Shown here piece by piece: positions 1 to 11,804 of a stretch of 64,000 nucleotides of DNA (the stretch's first letter is position 1; every line of letters starts with the position of its first letter). Origin of the DNA: Podarcis filfolensis (Eukaryota). The stretch lies in NCBI GenBank assembly GCA_964270895.1, contig OZ185438.1; one strand, given 5' to 3'. The position numbers and the translations under genes are program-made. The notes below the pieces were generated by a model that was given only the letters and a program-made list of their open reading frames with translations, was not told where the DNA came from and did no database searches.

Positions 1-3000
1 CAAGAACAAGTCACTGAATTTTTTTTAAAAAATATGAAGCCCATTACATATTGCACATTAAAAGCAAAACAAAGAAGTCCCAAATGTTGCTGTTGGATAG
101 AAATGTTGCATTACAAAATAAAAACTAAAATAAAGTTTATGAAGACCCATTGAGTGTTCTCTGGATTATGGGCTACATACAAAGCATACACCAATGCTGT
201 CAATGCAAAACCATAATACACATTGTCATAGTTTTGCACAGTTTATCTGTCACAAGTATTTTTAAAGCCTGCTTTGTTCTTGCAAGTCAGTATTAGATTT
301 AACAACTAGGTACTCCTCAGATCCTCACAATAGCTAAATGCCTATTCAAAAGAAGACGTTCCAACTATGATCCATAGAGGAATTTGACTGCAATTATACC
401 AGCTTTTTCCAAGTCATGAAGTACACTGAGAAATAGCTGTAACTACATTAAATGGCATCTCAAATGTGGATTTCAGTCCAACTCCACAAGGCCATTAGTA
501 AAACAACAACAACAACAACCCCAAACTTGCATAATTATAAGCAAGACGGGTCTTTGAAATTTTATTTATGTATTTATTACATCAAATTTACAACCTTTCC
601 TTCCTCCACAAAGGGTTGCCTCATAATAATAATAAAAATTGTATTGTGATGCACATTCACATTCTGATATTCAGCTGCCACACATTGTCAAATGTGATTA
701 TTTTTCTTTAAATGTTTGTTTATAACAGTTTAGGAAACAGTTTGGCTTCCAGCTTTTAACAGACAGCTTTTCTAGAAGTGTCTGTTAATGAGAAATGTGA
801 ATGCACATGACAGCTGAGAACAGATAGGGATATGAATACACAAAATCTGTCAGGCAATCTGAAGCAAGTCCTTACAGAGTTAAGATTCACAGAAGGTTCA
901 TGAATGCTTTCAAACTTATTAAAGACTGATAGCTTTGTCTATTTTCTTACACTGAATAGAAAGAAGGTAGATTTTCCTTTTTGTAAATTTATACTGCATA
1001 ACACACAATAGGTTTGTCAAATCACAACCATTATCTCCTCTTCCTCTAGCACTTTCTCTCGGGAATTAGTAAAATGTGGGATCTACTTGCAAGCAATGAG
1101 CTTAGGGTCAGCCTGCAAAAACTCCTTTTCAGGAAAACTAGACAAGTTTTTCATCAATTTGGGTTTAAGATTGTGGGGAAGAGATTGGAACCAAAATTAA
1201 GAGCACAATCCTAATCACGCCTTTTTAGAAGCAAGTCTTATTTAATGGGGCTTACTCCCAGGTAGGTAGAGCTAGGACTGCTGCCTAAGTCACCAGCTGC
1301 CACAAATGAGAAGGCACTGCAGGTGAATGAAAAAGCTGCTTCTGTAGGTTGGCATCTTACCACCAGCCAGGCCCTGATTCCAGCTGCAGCTCCTTCTTCC
1401 CACTTCCTCTGGAACAAAGAGCCTAAAAAACCTGAACTATTCCAGGGACCCACAACAGTGCCATGAACATTTCCCTAATATGTTGCATTCTTTTGTAGAG
1501 TTCCATTGTAAACAATACTGGCTGAAAAGCAGAGCTGGGCAAAAATGGCCTATCAAAATTCTCCATCCTACTTGCAGGTGGAGAAATTAAGATTACCTTT
1601 CTCTGAATATTCTCAAGGGTTATTTCTCTGTTTCTTGGAGGTGGGGCCTCCCACTATCAACAACTGTATCGAATGCCTGGCCACCATTTTGCAGCTCCCA
1701 TAATGCCCCCAAGCTAGCATCATTCCAGGACACTGGTAGGCAGAAAGAAGAATGGTGGCAACGACAAAAAATGGCTGAGAATATTTCAAGAACATTCTAC
1801 AAAATGGCTACCTTTTTCAGGGAGTGGGAAAAGTAAGTGATCAGAAATTATTTCAGGGGAAAAAACCCCTTAAATAAATAAGTACCCGTATGCACATTTA
1901 ATTCGTTGCACATAAGCAAATTGTGCAAATCGCACAACAGGACAGTATGTATTTGTTTATGGGAAGAACTACCCTAGGAGTTGTCCTTGGGTGCCATATG
2001 CTACACCAGAGCCAATGTTTACCACAACAGAATTCATGATCATTTTGTGGAGTTTTTTTACTTGAATGGAAAGGGAAAGGGAAAGGTGTAGAGTACTTTT
2101 CTCCAAAGGTATTCTCTCAGGGAGAATAGTACAGTAATAGGAACTCCCACCACCACAACCCACAAGCTCTACTGGGGAGATGAATTAACATCAATTCTGT
2201 TAACTAGTTTTGAAGTCTACAATGCTTGAAGCTTCATGAACTGAACAACTTCTATCCTTTTATTCTAAAATAAGAACTCATTCAAACGACAATCCTACAA
2301 TATCCATATAATGTAATGCCTCATCTAGCACATTATATGGCAGTTTTGTAACAAGGTTTCAGCTTTAATTCTCTATTTTCTCATTTGTGTCCTGTAAATA
2401 ACAAGAGTCAGATGCAACTGAAAGAGAAAACTAAAGAGCGGCGCGTACACAGGTTTCAGGGATTTCCTATCCCAAAGTCATCATCTTTAGTTAATCTATG
2501 CCAGCACTCTCCTTTTTACTGAAAGCTTTACAAAAGTGACACGACACATTAAAAACCAGCTTTAAATCATTCTTAGACACTGCCTATTCTTCATTATGTT
2601 ACTTAATAATCTCAAAATGTCAAGCTGGAGGAAAATGGGAGTTATTTCAAGTATCACTCCTTAAAATTCCTCAGGCTATTCCCCTTTTACTTTCTGAAAA
2701 GAGAAGGGCTGGGTCTTGAGCCTTCTTGGAATTTATATCTTATTTGGCTTGCCCCCTACCCAATGGGGCCTACGGAGATTAGCAATGCTATCTGGATACT
2801 ATGAGAAGCACTCAAGTCAACACAACTGAAAGCTGGTTCCAGCGCGGGGAAAAGACTTCAGATATCATCACATTTCAAACATCACTCCTTCATTTCGGTG
2901 AAGATATCAGCACGAAGATATCAGCACCATGCAACATATGGATGCAAAGCACTTTGCACGCACACATGTGGCGTCGGTGGGAAGCTTTTTTTTATCATCG

Positions 3001-3508
3001 CTGCCCCCAACCCGTCGTGCGTGGCGTGGGTTACACGCGTGGGGCAAAGTTGGAAGCCAGGAGTGCAGGCCGCGGAGAAACAGCTGCACGAACACGAAAG
3101 ACCAATTTGCAGGGGCCTAGGGGCTTCCCCGTGGACCTTTCGCTCTCATGCACCTTTAAGCACTTGTTAAAAAGGTCAAACAGCAGCCCTGCCTTTTTCT
3201 CTTCGACGGGCTTCGGAGGGGAGCTTCCAAGAGCTCGTGGGTAATTGAGGAGGTGCTGTCGGGGGGCAGAGTCCCCTCAGGGCAGGGAGGCGGCGAAGGA
3301 AGCCCGCTGACGTGGAAAAGCGGGGTGCCCCGTGGCCACCTAGACGCCCCCTCCCTCCCCAATGCCCGCGACGGCACCTGAGAGAGTAAGGGGCAAGGAA
3401 GGGTGACGCTCCCCCCCCCCCGGCGGGCTTCTGGGAGGGCGCCAAGCAAGAAAGGCGGGAAGGCTGCTCCTCTGGTCCCTCCCCTCCCGACGGGGCTCCC
3501 GCACGCAC

Positions 3509-3617
3509 CTTTCTGCGCCGCTGCGTCCCGCCTGAGCAGCAACAGGAGGAGGAGGAGGAGGGAGGCCAGCGCCGGCCGGGTCCCCCGGGGGAGCGGGCGC
3601 TCCGGGCTGCTCACCAT
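3509..3617 (-). CDS. DCBLD2: First coding exon (signal peptide) of a DCBLD2/ESDN-like type I membrane protein: MVSSPERPLPRGTRPALASLLLLLLLLLRRDAAAQK-G|
   Basis: ATG at 3617 in strong Kozak context (GGTATGG), 9-Leu hydrophobic core, AAA|QK cleavage-like site, then phase-1 donor AAAG|GTGCGT at 3509/3508, inside a CpG island. The end resembles recalled human DCBLD2 exon 1 (LLLLLEDAGAQQG|DGCGH). Exon 2 was not found in 1-3508, so identity rests on exon 1 alone. Confidence 0.75.
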
Positions 3618-3658
3618 ACCCCGCGTCTCGGGCGCAGCAGCCGGCAGTCCGAATGCAT
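3611..3658 (-). other. Upstream ORF (MHSDCRLLRPRRGVW*) overlapping the main ATG out of frame
   Basis: ATG at 3658 (GGGATGC); TGA stop at 3613-3611 lies just past the main ATG (GTA TGG TGA). Confidence 0.5.
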
Positions 3659-4693
3659 CCCGAGCCGCGCTGCTCTCGCCTTGCCTCCTTCTTCGCGCCT
3701 CCTCCCGGCTCGCGCGCCGTCCCCGCGCAGATCCGTCCAGCCTCTGACCGCCGCCGCCGCCGCCCCCTCCTCTTCCTCTCCTTCCCCCACCCACCAACCC
3801 GCACGGCGCGCTCCCACCGCCCCCGATGGGCGCAACCACTTCCGGGTCCGCTGCAGCCGCCCCTTCCCCGCCTCCGGCAGCCGAAAGTCCCCCAGCGGAG
3901 CCCGTCTGGCCGCTTAACCCCCCCTCCCCGCCCACCTCCCGGAGTTGAGGCGCCCTCCTTCGCTGCTTCGTGGGGAGGAGGCGGGAAGGGGGGGGGACTC
4001 GCGCGCGTAAACACAAACAGAGCAACAAAGAGTCCTCGGGGTACTCGGAGGCGAAGGGGCGCGTTGTAGCCAAAGGCCTTCGTGGACTCTGCCCAGGAGC
4101 GCCCTCGGTTGGGCGGGTGGCGTTAGAGCGAAGCTTGTGGGATTGGCTGAAATGCAAGGCGTGGGGGAAGGGGGGGCAGGTCGTTCCCCTCGGGGGCGGG
4201 GGAGAACATCCTCCAAGTTAGTGGTAATTGACTCCAAGGTGATGGAAGGGCGCCCTTCACACGTGCTCAAAAACAGTTTCTGCTCAGTCGGGGTTCCCTG
4301 AGCGTGGGAATGGGCTTTGGGGCTGTCGGCATCCTTCCGGGGTCAAAATGCCAGCTGGCTAGCCCCCAGCTGGATCATGCCCTTCCAGCCGTGACGATCC
4401 CCCCAAAGGGAAGTTCCCAACAGACTGTGCTGGAATGTAAACGCATGCGACACGCAACAGTCCCATGTCTGTAACTAAAGGTGGAATGGGAATTTCCAAC
4501 AGGGGCTTCCTTGCAAGTTGTGGTTCACGGCCTAGTATTGTGTAGATTGACATTTCTTGAAAGTGTTATTGCGATCGCGTGCTCTTTAGCTCAATTTTGC
4601 ATGTTTTCTATATTTTACAATTCTCCAAACCCATTCTTTCAGGGTGTAGTCAATTTAATGGTGAGTACCGGCACCTATTTTTCTAGAAAAAAG

Positions 4694-4721
4694 GCGTGCG
4701 CGTGCGCACACACACACACAC
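4694..4721. repeat. Alternating purine-pyrimidine tract (GCGTGCGCGTGCGC(AC)n)
   Basis: 28 nt of uninterrupted alternation, read directly. Confidence 0.8.
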
Positions 4722-5893
4722 TTGAAAACAGACAAACCTGGATATATAATAACTGTGGAACATGCTGCAGTCTCCTATCAACAAATTAGAATTTATTATT
4801 GCTGCAGTGAAATAATTAGCCAAAGAACTGCTTCAGATTTTCACTCTCCTGCAATAGAAGCACCAACTTGGAGAATAATATTTGGATTCCCCTCAACAGC
4901 TGAATAAGGACTGTACATTCCTCATGCAATAAAACTGTTGTCCTGAAGGGCTCTAACTGTAGAGTCTAGTTCTGTTGCCGGGAAGACTTGTGCTACAATA
5001 AACTTCTTAGAGGCCATAGCTGTTCTTGTTTAAGAGACACTGCCGTTAGGGTTCTTATGGGCAGCTGGTATATGTTGCAACATATAGTTAACATGAGCAA
5101 TCTATTTGGTTTAAAGCAAATACATACTATATAAAGTAGCTATGAAACAAAAAACCAAAAATATTTAAAAAGCAGTTAGAAGCTTCTGAACAAAATTTAG
5201 CTTTTGCATTTGTCTTGAGTGCGTGGAAGTTCCACATGCAGGAATCTCTCTTTTAAGTGCTCAGATCAACATGAGATAACCATAATAGTTTCTTTGATCT
5301 GTTTTTATATGGCAAATTTATTTGATCTCCATGTGACTGACACACAATTTTAAACAGTTTATCTATTCCTTCCTTCCTGTCTGCACATATATATCTAAAG
5401 ATATCTTTCTTCCCCAAGCAAGTATTTAGTTGGATTGGATTAACAACACAATATTGTCTCACCTATTTAGTGAAGCTTTTTGTGTGTGTTTGTTTTAAGC
5501 ATGCCCCACTTTTTCCATTTGTGGGCTAAATCTGATATTCTCAAGCTCTTTTCCCAGCAGACACTATATAGGATACAGTCTTGAAAAATAAACAAGAAAT
5601 GGTATAGCCGAAGGTATAGCTAATGTGGTACCATCTGAATGTTCCAGACTGCAGCTTCCATCACCTCTGATCATTGCCCATGTTGACTGGGGCTGATATT
5701 GAGGCATCTGATCATAGCCTGCATTTTTAATCAAGGCTTATATTTTGATCAGATTCCTGTATTCCAAAAATGAGCTTAAATTCACATGTTTCTTTCGAGA
5801 TGGGGAACCAGCAGGCAAGGTCTTTGTCGCAGGCAAGGTCTTTGTCAGAGGCCCCTTTGGTTTATTGCGGTCATAAAACAGGCTGGGAGCAAA

Positions 5894-5908
5894 AGGTCAC
5901 ACTGACCA
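5894..5908. promoter_or_regulatory. Consensus estrogen response element AGGTCAcacTGACCA
   Basis: Exact GGTCAnnnTGACC palindrome at 5895-5907; function untested. Confidence 0.45.
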
Positions 5909-6214
5909 TACAAATGATAGAATACAATCAATCAAGGTTGCAAAAACACTGTGCCTCCCATTAAACTTGAGCCACATCTTCCTGGGGTTGAAGAGGCAAG
6001 AGCTGGTGCAAGCAGCGGCTGGCTGGGGAAGAGGCCTCTCTCTCTCTCTGGAGCTGCTTTGAAGCTTCAGGGAATTTAGAAAACTTAGAGAACCTAGCTT
6101 TTATAAAGTTCCTTTTTACTTAAGAAAAGGTCTTTGCTTCTAAAAATCTATATATGTTATGTATGAAATATTGGCTTAAATGTAATTATGCAAAGGATTT
6201 AGAAAGTAAGAAAT

Positions 6215-6350
6215 TATAGAATCATAGAAGAGTTGGAATAGACCACGAGGGCCATTGGGTCCGGACCCCTGCCAGACAGAGAGACGCCATCGGAGCACTC
6301 CTGACATATGGTTGTCAAGTCTCTGCTTAATGACCTCCAAAGAAGGAGAT
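6215..6350 (-). mobile_element. CR1 LINE 3' end fragment
   Basis: Reverse complement ends in the CR1-type TTCTATGATTCTATA terminal repeat with a typical 3'UTR. Confidence 0.65.
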
Positions 6351-6363
6351 CTTTCATTGATAA

Positions 6364-6804
6364 TGTGTGGGAAGATGAACAAAAGATCTGTTTTGGAGTG
6401 AATAGGGCAATAGGGCAAAAGATGAAATGTTAGTTAAGGCGCCTAGTCTAGGGCAAAAGGTTATCTGGTAATTAAGGTGCCTTGTAGAGGTTAATGGCTG
6501 TTTGCCAATTATAAATAGAAGGAAATATAGCTCTTTGTCTCCCATAAAAGGCAATAGGAAATGGGTGTATCTTTTATGATTGGTTCTAGCAAACAGCCAA
6601 TAGGAATTTTAACCAGGCTGATTGGACAGAGGCAGCCAAAGGAGGAGCAAGGGGGCTGGGCTGAGGGAATATAAGCGCTGGCCATAATGGCAGGAGACCA
6701 GGCCAGAGCTTGGTAACCATATACCACTGTGCCTCACATTTATTTGTCTGACAAATAAATTATTATTTTAATTTCTCTATTGCTGCGTTGAATATTTCAT
6801 TACA
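6364..6804 (+). mobile_element. Solo LTR (441 bp)
   Basis: TG...CA ends, 5-bp TSD GATAA/GCTAA (1 mismatch), several CCAAT/ATTGG boxes, TATA-like AATATAAG near 6668, AATAAA at 6754-6759. Confidence 0.65.
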
Positions 6805-8033
6805 GCTAAGCGTTAACCACAAGCAGGGTGCTACAATATAACATCTGGAAGATACCTCTGACATAGTGGTTCAGAGTACAAGCTATGGGGCTGGATGTCC
6901 CCAATTCAAATTTCAGCTCAACTATAAACTCACTGCTAAGCATCAACTCCAGACCTGTAGTTTGGAGATTACACAACTGGCTACCCTTACATGGTGCCAA
7001 ATACATATTAAATTTAAAAGCTATAATTTCAATTTATTGGACCCACTTTAGTCACAGAGATCCTCTTCTATAACCTAAAACAATGTACGCCTGTAAAGAA
7101 TCTCGTCTGCATTTAGTGTGTCCAAAACACAAGACAAAAAGGTGCTACATGTCATAAATTGCAAAAAGTAAGGAATATTTTATGAACAGTAGATACATGC
7201 CAAATAAAAGAATCATGCTCCGTATTGTAGTGAGATCCAATTCTATTCCTTTCTAAATACCAATTTTTAACCTGATTTGGGAGAGGATTACTTTCCCAGT
7301 CTCAGATATGGTAAGTAGTTAACTCTGAACATGAAACAAATCAGTTAACTGATCCTCTTTATGAAAAGTTTGCAGTTTCATCTGCATCCTAGCTTAGCTC
7401 CAAACCATCTAACAATATACCCCCAGAGCAACCTAATAAAAGCATCCCTCTTGCTGGTAGGAGCCAGGAGAGATACATGCTAAAGTCCTTGCTAGTTTTG
7501 ACATTGTGAAAATTCCCTGTGGCAACTTGTTCCATTATCCTAGCTGCAGCTATTTTCTCCTGGTCTGTTTCACAGTCCTGTGACAAAAGACACTAAGACT
7601 TAACACTTGTGCTTGGCAAATCAAAAGAAGAGTGAGTGAGCACAGATTTGCAAGTGTCTGTAGCAGTCTTTAAAAGGCAACCTTTTAAAGACAGGGAGCA
7701 GAGGCAGATTTAGGGGGACATGGCCAGTCGCACTGGGCACAGGGCCTTAGAGGCGCCGCAACTATGATGTAAAATGGAAGGCAAGGGGTGGGGGTGCTGA
7801 ATTTTGGCGTCACACAGGGCAATGCTGAAATTTGAGCCCACAAGGTGTCATCCCACTCTACAGATGTCTGGATTTTTTAAAACAACAACAACAACAACCT
7901 GGAGGAGGATGGAGCTGTGCCATCAGTAGGCTGGCAATAGCAAGCTGGCACAATGCTTCCTGACCCTAGTCACACTTGGAAATGTGTCTATATAATAATG
8001 TAGGAGCTTGTTCAAAGAACAAATCACATAGCC

Positions 8034-8805
8034 CAGGGGTCCTCAAACTTTTTAAACGGGGCCAGTTCACTGTCCCTCAGACACTGTTGGTGGCTGGACT
8101 AAAGAGGTGCCAGAAACATGCTCTTTTTCATGTACTGTATTCTTTAAAGAAAAACAACAACAAAAAACACTGTTTCAAAATAATAGCCAGAACAGACACA
8201 CAACAGGTGCTATCAGTAATAATATAAATTACCTATACCTCACCTTTATACTTCATTTCCTTTGGGTTATTTTTGATGTTGTTGTTCCTCATGCATATGA
8301 CTTTCTCTGAATTGAAGTTTATTTTCAAACTTGGGGAAGTTTGGGTGGAGAGCTTTGTTTTAAAGATTAACCCACCACTATTTACACAGAGATTCCCTTG
8401 TACAATAATCTGTTGTGATTCAGACTTCTCTTCTTGCTAATTCTATTTGCATATGTTGCCTGTGTTTTTGGTGCTTCCCTAACTTTTAAGGTTGCCAGGG
8501 CTAATGCATGGGACCCGTGCGCATGTTAAGGAGGCAAGTGGCCGGCGCGCTGCTCCGGTGAGAACGGAGCCGGTCTGAGGGGAAGGGAGGAGGGGAAGGG
8601 CTGGTTTCCTTCGCCAGCGCGCCATTATCAAGCAGCGGGCAGCGGCGGTAGCAACCGCGTTACCAGGGCTTTGTTACACACACACGCTTTTACCTCAGGG
8701 CTCTTCCCGTCCGGCTGCTTCTGAGCCTTGTGCCTTGTGGGCGGGCCGGGTTCAGGACCCTGGCGGACTGGATCTGGCCCACAGACTGTAGTTTGAGGAC
8801 CCCTG
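8034..8805. mobile_element. Non-autonomous hAT-type DNA transposon remnant
   Basis: Terminal inverted repeats CAGGGGTCCTCAAACT / AGTTTGAGGACCCCTG. TSD degraded, so it is uncertain whether this is one element. Confidence 0.55.
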
Positions 8806-10165
8806 ACCAAGCAGCTATGTGCTAAGAAATACCCCCCCCCATCTTTCAGTTGTGATGCTACCTAACTTTAGCTGAGCCTTTGTGATGTGGGTGCATATCT
8901 GTTTCAGCTATGGGCATGGTTAGTAATCCTGCATGGAAACATTGCTTCTCTATATGGGTCTCCTTTACTGCATCAAAGCAAATGCGATCTGCATTGTGAC
9001 AATTTATATTTCAGATGAGTAATTAAAGACCTTTCTAGCAACAGTAAGAATGCTTGGGCAATGGATGAAATTTCTTATAAAAGTTGCAAAAACTCTTTTT
9101 ATCTCTGGATGTTTGAAGAAGGGGTCGGTTACATCAGAGGTAGTGTTTTCCATCTTACTGTGTTGTCTCTGTTTCTCCTACCTCTTAATTCTTCTACACC
9201 TCAGTTTGGCTACTTCAAAACAGATTAGGTCTTGCATCATCTACTAAGAAGGGATTCTTTCTGCATTAAGCATTTTATTGAGCTCCATATTTTGCATTAT
9301 TATCTCTTCCTTGTACATAAAGCTTTCAGTTTTTCACAGGAATTTCATATCCTGTAATGCCAGAGAATGCGTCATTATTAGATTGCAGACAAGGAATCTC
9401 TGTCTATCTGACTTTCTCTCTCTCTCCCATTTCTATTATTAAGCAGTATATTATTGCCTTTGCTGACAGCTCAGAATTTAGTTCAAGACTCTCTGCTATT
9501 TGAAAATGGAAATGAATCATATACATGGGCAAAATGGCGCTCACCGTATTAGCAATAAACGTGGCCACATTTAAACCATGCATCTTCCGCAAAGCTTCCC
9601 CTTTATAGACCACAAAACATTAGTTTACCTAGTTTTGACCACAGTCTGCTGCAGTACTGTGAAAACTGCTTCCATTATATTAATGGGAGGGCAAAACATA
9701 ACTATTAATGGTTTAACAACATGATCAGAAGCAGGAGAATTCATTCACAACAAAATCATAACCATTGCATCTGTAAACTGCCTTGATTCATCTCTAAGCG
9801 TTTCCTTAGGTATGAATGCTTACTCCAAATACTATGCAGGATTTATTGACCACCTCCAGTGTATTAGGTACTATATAGAGTGGGCAGATTTCAGGCTTGC
9901 TTGATTTGCTATGGTTAGAACTCCAAGATTCATTCATCAGAACCAAGTGCACAATGGGAGAGTGGAATCGGTCACCTGCTGAACCCCATGAACTCAAACA
10001 CCGTGTATAGAAACACACAGCTACATATGAGAACCATAGATTGGAGTTTCTAAAACAAAACTTTCAAAGTGGAGAGTACAGCTGCACAAAGACCTGTTCA
10101 AAGGTGGCCAGTGAATACCCATATTCTACAGGTTAGGAACCCTGAGGCTAAGGAACAAGTGATTA

Positions 10166-10407
10166 CAGTGGTACCTCGGGTTAAGTACTTAATTTGTTCT
10201 GGAGGTCCGTACTTAACCTGAAACTGTTCTTAACCTGAAGTACCACTTTAGCTAATGTGGCCTCCTGCTGCTGCTGCGCTGCTGGAGCCCAATTTCTGTT
10301 CTTATCCTGAAGCAAAGTTCTTAACCTGAAGCACTATTTCTAGGTTAGCGGAGTATGTAACCTGAAGCGTATGTAACCTGAAGCATATGTAACCCAAGGT
10401 ACCACTG
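10166..10407. mobile_element. Tc1/mariner-type MITE (CAGTGGTACCTC family), copy 1
   Basis: TIR CAGTGGTACCT...AGGTACCACTG, flanked by TA on both sides, 242 bp. Confidence 0.9.
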
Positions 10408-11631
10408 TATTTGTTTCTTTGAATTGAATTTGTTGCCTGCCCTTCATTGCAAATTCCCTGAGCAGTGTGCATACAATGTATTTTTTAAAAAAAAAATCAA
10501 ATACCAGTATTAAAACACCCTAATTAAAACCACACAGAAATTTGTATAGTGCAAAAGGCATGGGTGGGAGGAGGTGAGGTGTGGAGGGGAACAACCTATT
10601 CTAAAATTTGCTCCCTAAAGCTTGGGCGAACAGATTACTGTATATAGCACAAGAAGAACAGCACTCTTTCTCCACTTCTGATTCCCAGCAACTGGTGTTC
10701 AGAGGCTTCTGAGGGCCTGCCCAAGAAATTTTGGCAACTTAAGGCATCCCAAAATGGCATCCTCACTCCTCACCAGGGAAGAAGAGATGAGGGAGTGTCT
10801 GCATCAGAAATAAGGGGGTGGGAGAAAGATTGACACCAGGATCTGCCACTCTGGTGAATTCTGCCACCTGAGGCAGTTGCCACACGTTACCTCATGGGTG
10901 GGCCCAGCCAATACTGGAAGTAGTACCCAGCTATCATGGCTAGTGGCCATCAATAGCCTTATCCTCCATGAATTTGTCTAAACTCCTGTGAGTTTGAAGC
11001 ACGACGGGTAGACATTCTCCCTTCTTGCCCATGACCCTTTCACAGGGGCTGGGGCTATGCATGGAGGTCACTGAATTTGAGAACCCATTTTGCTTCAGTT
11101 CTGAGCAGCTGCTGTACAGGAATGTCATAGAGGCCTTTACCATGCAGCATTCCACATTACACCAACGTTTGAAAAAACAAAACAAAACCCAAGATGCTTG
11201 AAAATGACTTATGAAATATTTGTAAATGAGAAGTAAATCTGGGGCCAAGGAACAGTAGCATTCACCAAGCTGTTATTTTTTGTTTTTTTTAGTTCAGTAT
11301 TTCATACATATGCTTGATCCTGAGCAACCGTTAACAAGGTCAGCTGCCTTGAGAATTTAGTTTGGGATCATTTTGTTTCCAAACAGTATCAGAGTTAGGA
11401 ACAGCAAGCAGGCACAAACAGTCCCACCAGAAGCTGTGAGGAAACATCTGGTGATATGATCTGTTTCAAGGCTCTGAGAGGAGCATAATGTGCTGTGCTA
11501 AAATGTATTTCTTCTATTTGTGTACCACCAAGTTGCACAGAAAGCAGGTCACCAGGTCTCCCCTTTTTAATAAACTCATTCTGAGAGGTTTTAGGTGTTT
11601 TCATTAAAACCCATATCCCAGGGGACCTCAA

Positions 11632-11664
11632 GTGTGTGTGTGTGTGTGTGTGCGTGTGTGTGTG
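11632..11664. repeat. (GT)n microsatellite
   Basis: Direct reading; one GC interruption. Confidence 0.9.
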
Positions 11665-11804
11665 AAAACAAGTGTGTTTGCAGGCATTTTCTTTATATGT
11701 GTATTATTTTTATTTCTTTATCTGTTGCATTTACACCCCACCTTTTTTCCTCATGTTGCTCAAGGTGACATACATGGTACCCTCACCACCCACACTCAAT
11801 TCCC

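Larger units (their letters stand above)
2980..4400. promoter_or_regulatory. CpG island / promoter of the minus-strand gene
   Basis: Abrupt rise in GC and CpG density against an AT-rich background. ETS/GABP CCGGAAGTG (minus, 3837-3845), forkhead GTAAACA (4007-4013), CCAAT box (GATTGGCT 4141-4148), GC box (4194-4199), E-box CACGTG (4260-4265). Confidence 0.85.

Noticed and set aside
1969-2163. Minus-strand GCGG peptide as possible DCBLD2 exon 2 (DGCGHTVLG)
   Set aside because: The sequence diverges immediately after GCG and no CUB-domain motifs follow.
3609-3619. Donor-like GTATGG and ATG|GTGAGC at the start codon
   Set aside because: No transcript evidence; without an upstream in-frame ATG their use would not give a sensible product.
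2801-4270. Many long overlapping ORFs (up to 333 aa) in the CpG island
   Set aside because: Stop-codon scarcity in GC-rich DNA; low-complexity R/G/P/A products with alternative starts. Only the 3617-3509 exon has start, signal-peptide and splice support.
4658-4666. Plus-strand consensus donor TG|GTGAGT, possible divergent lncRNA exon
   Set aside because: A single short motif, expected by chance, with no partner exon identifiable.
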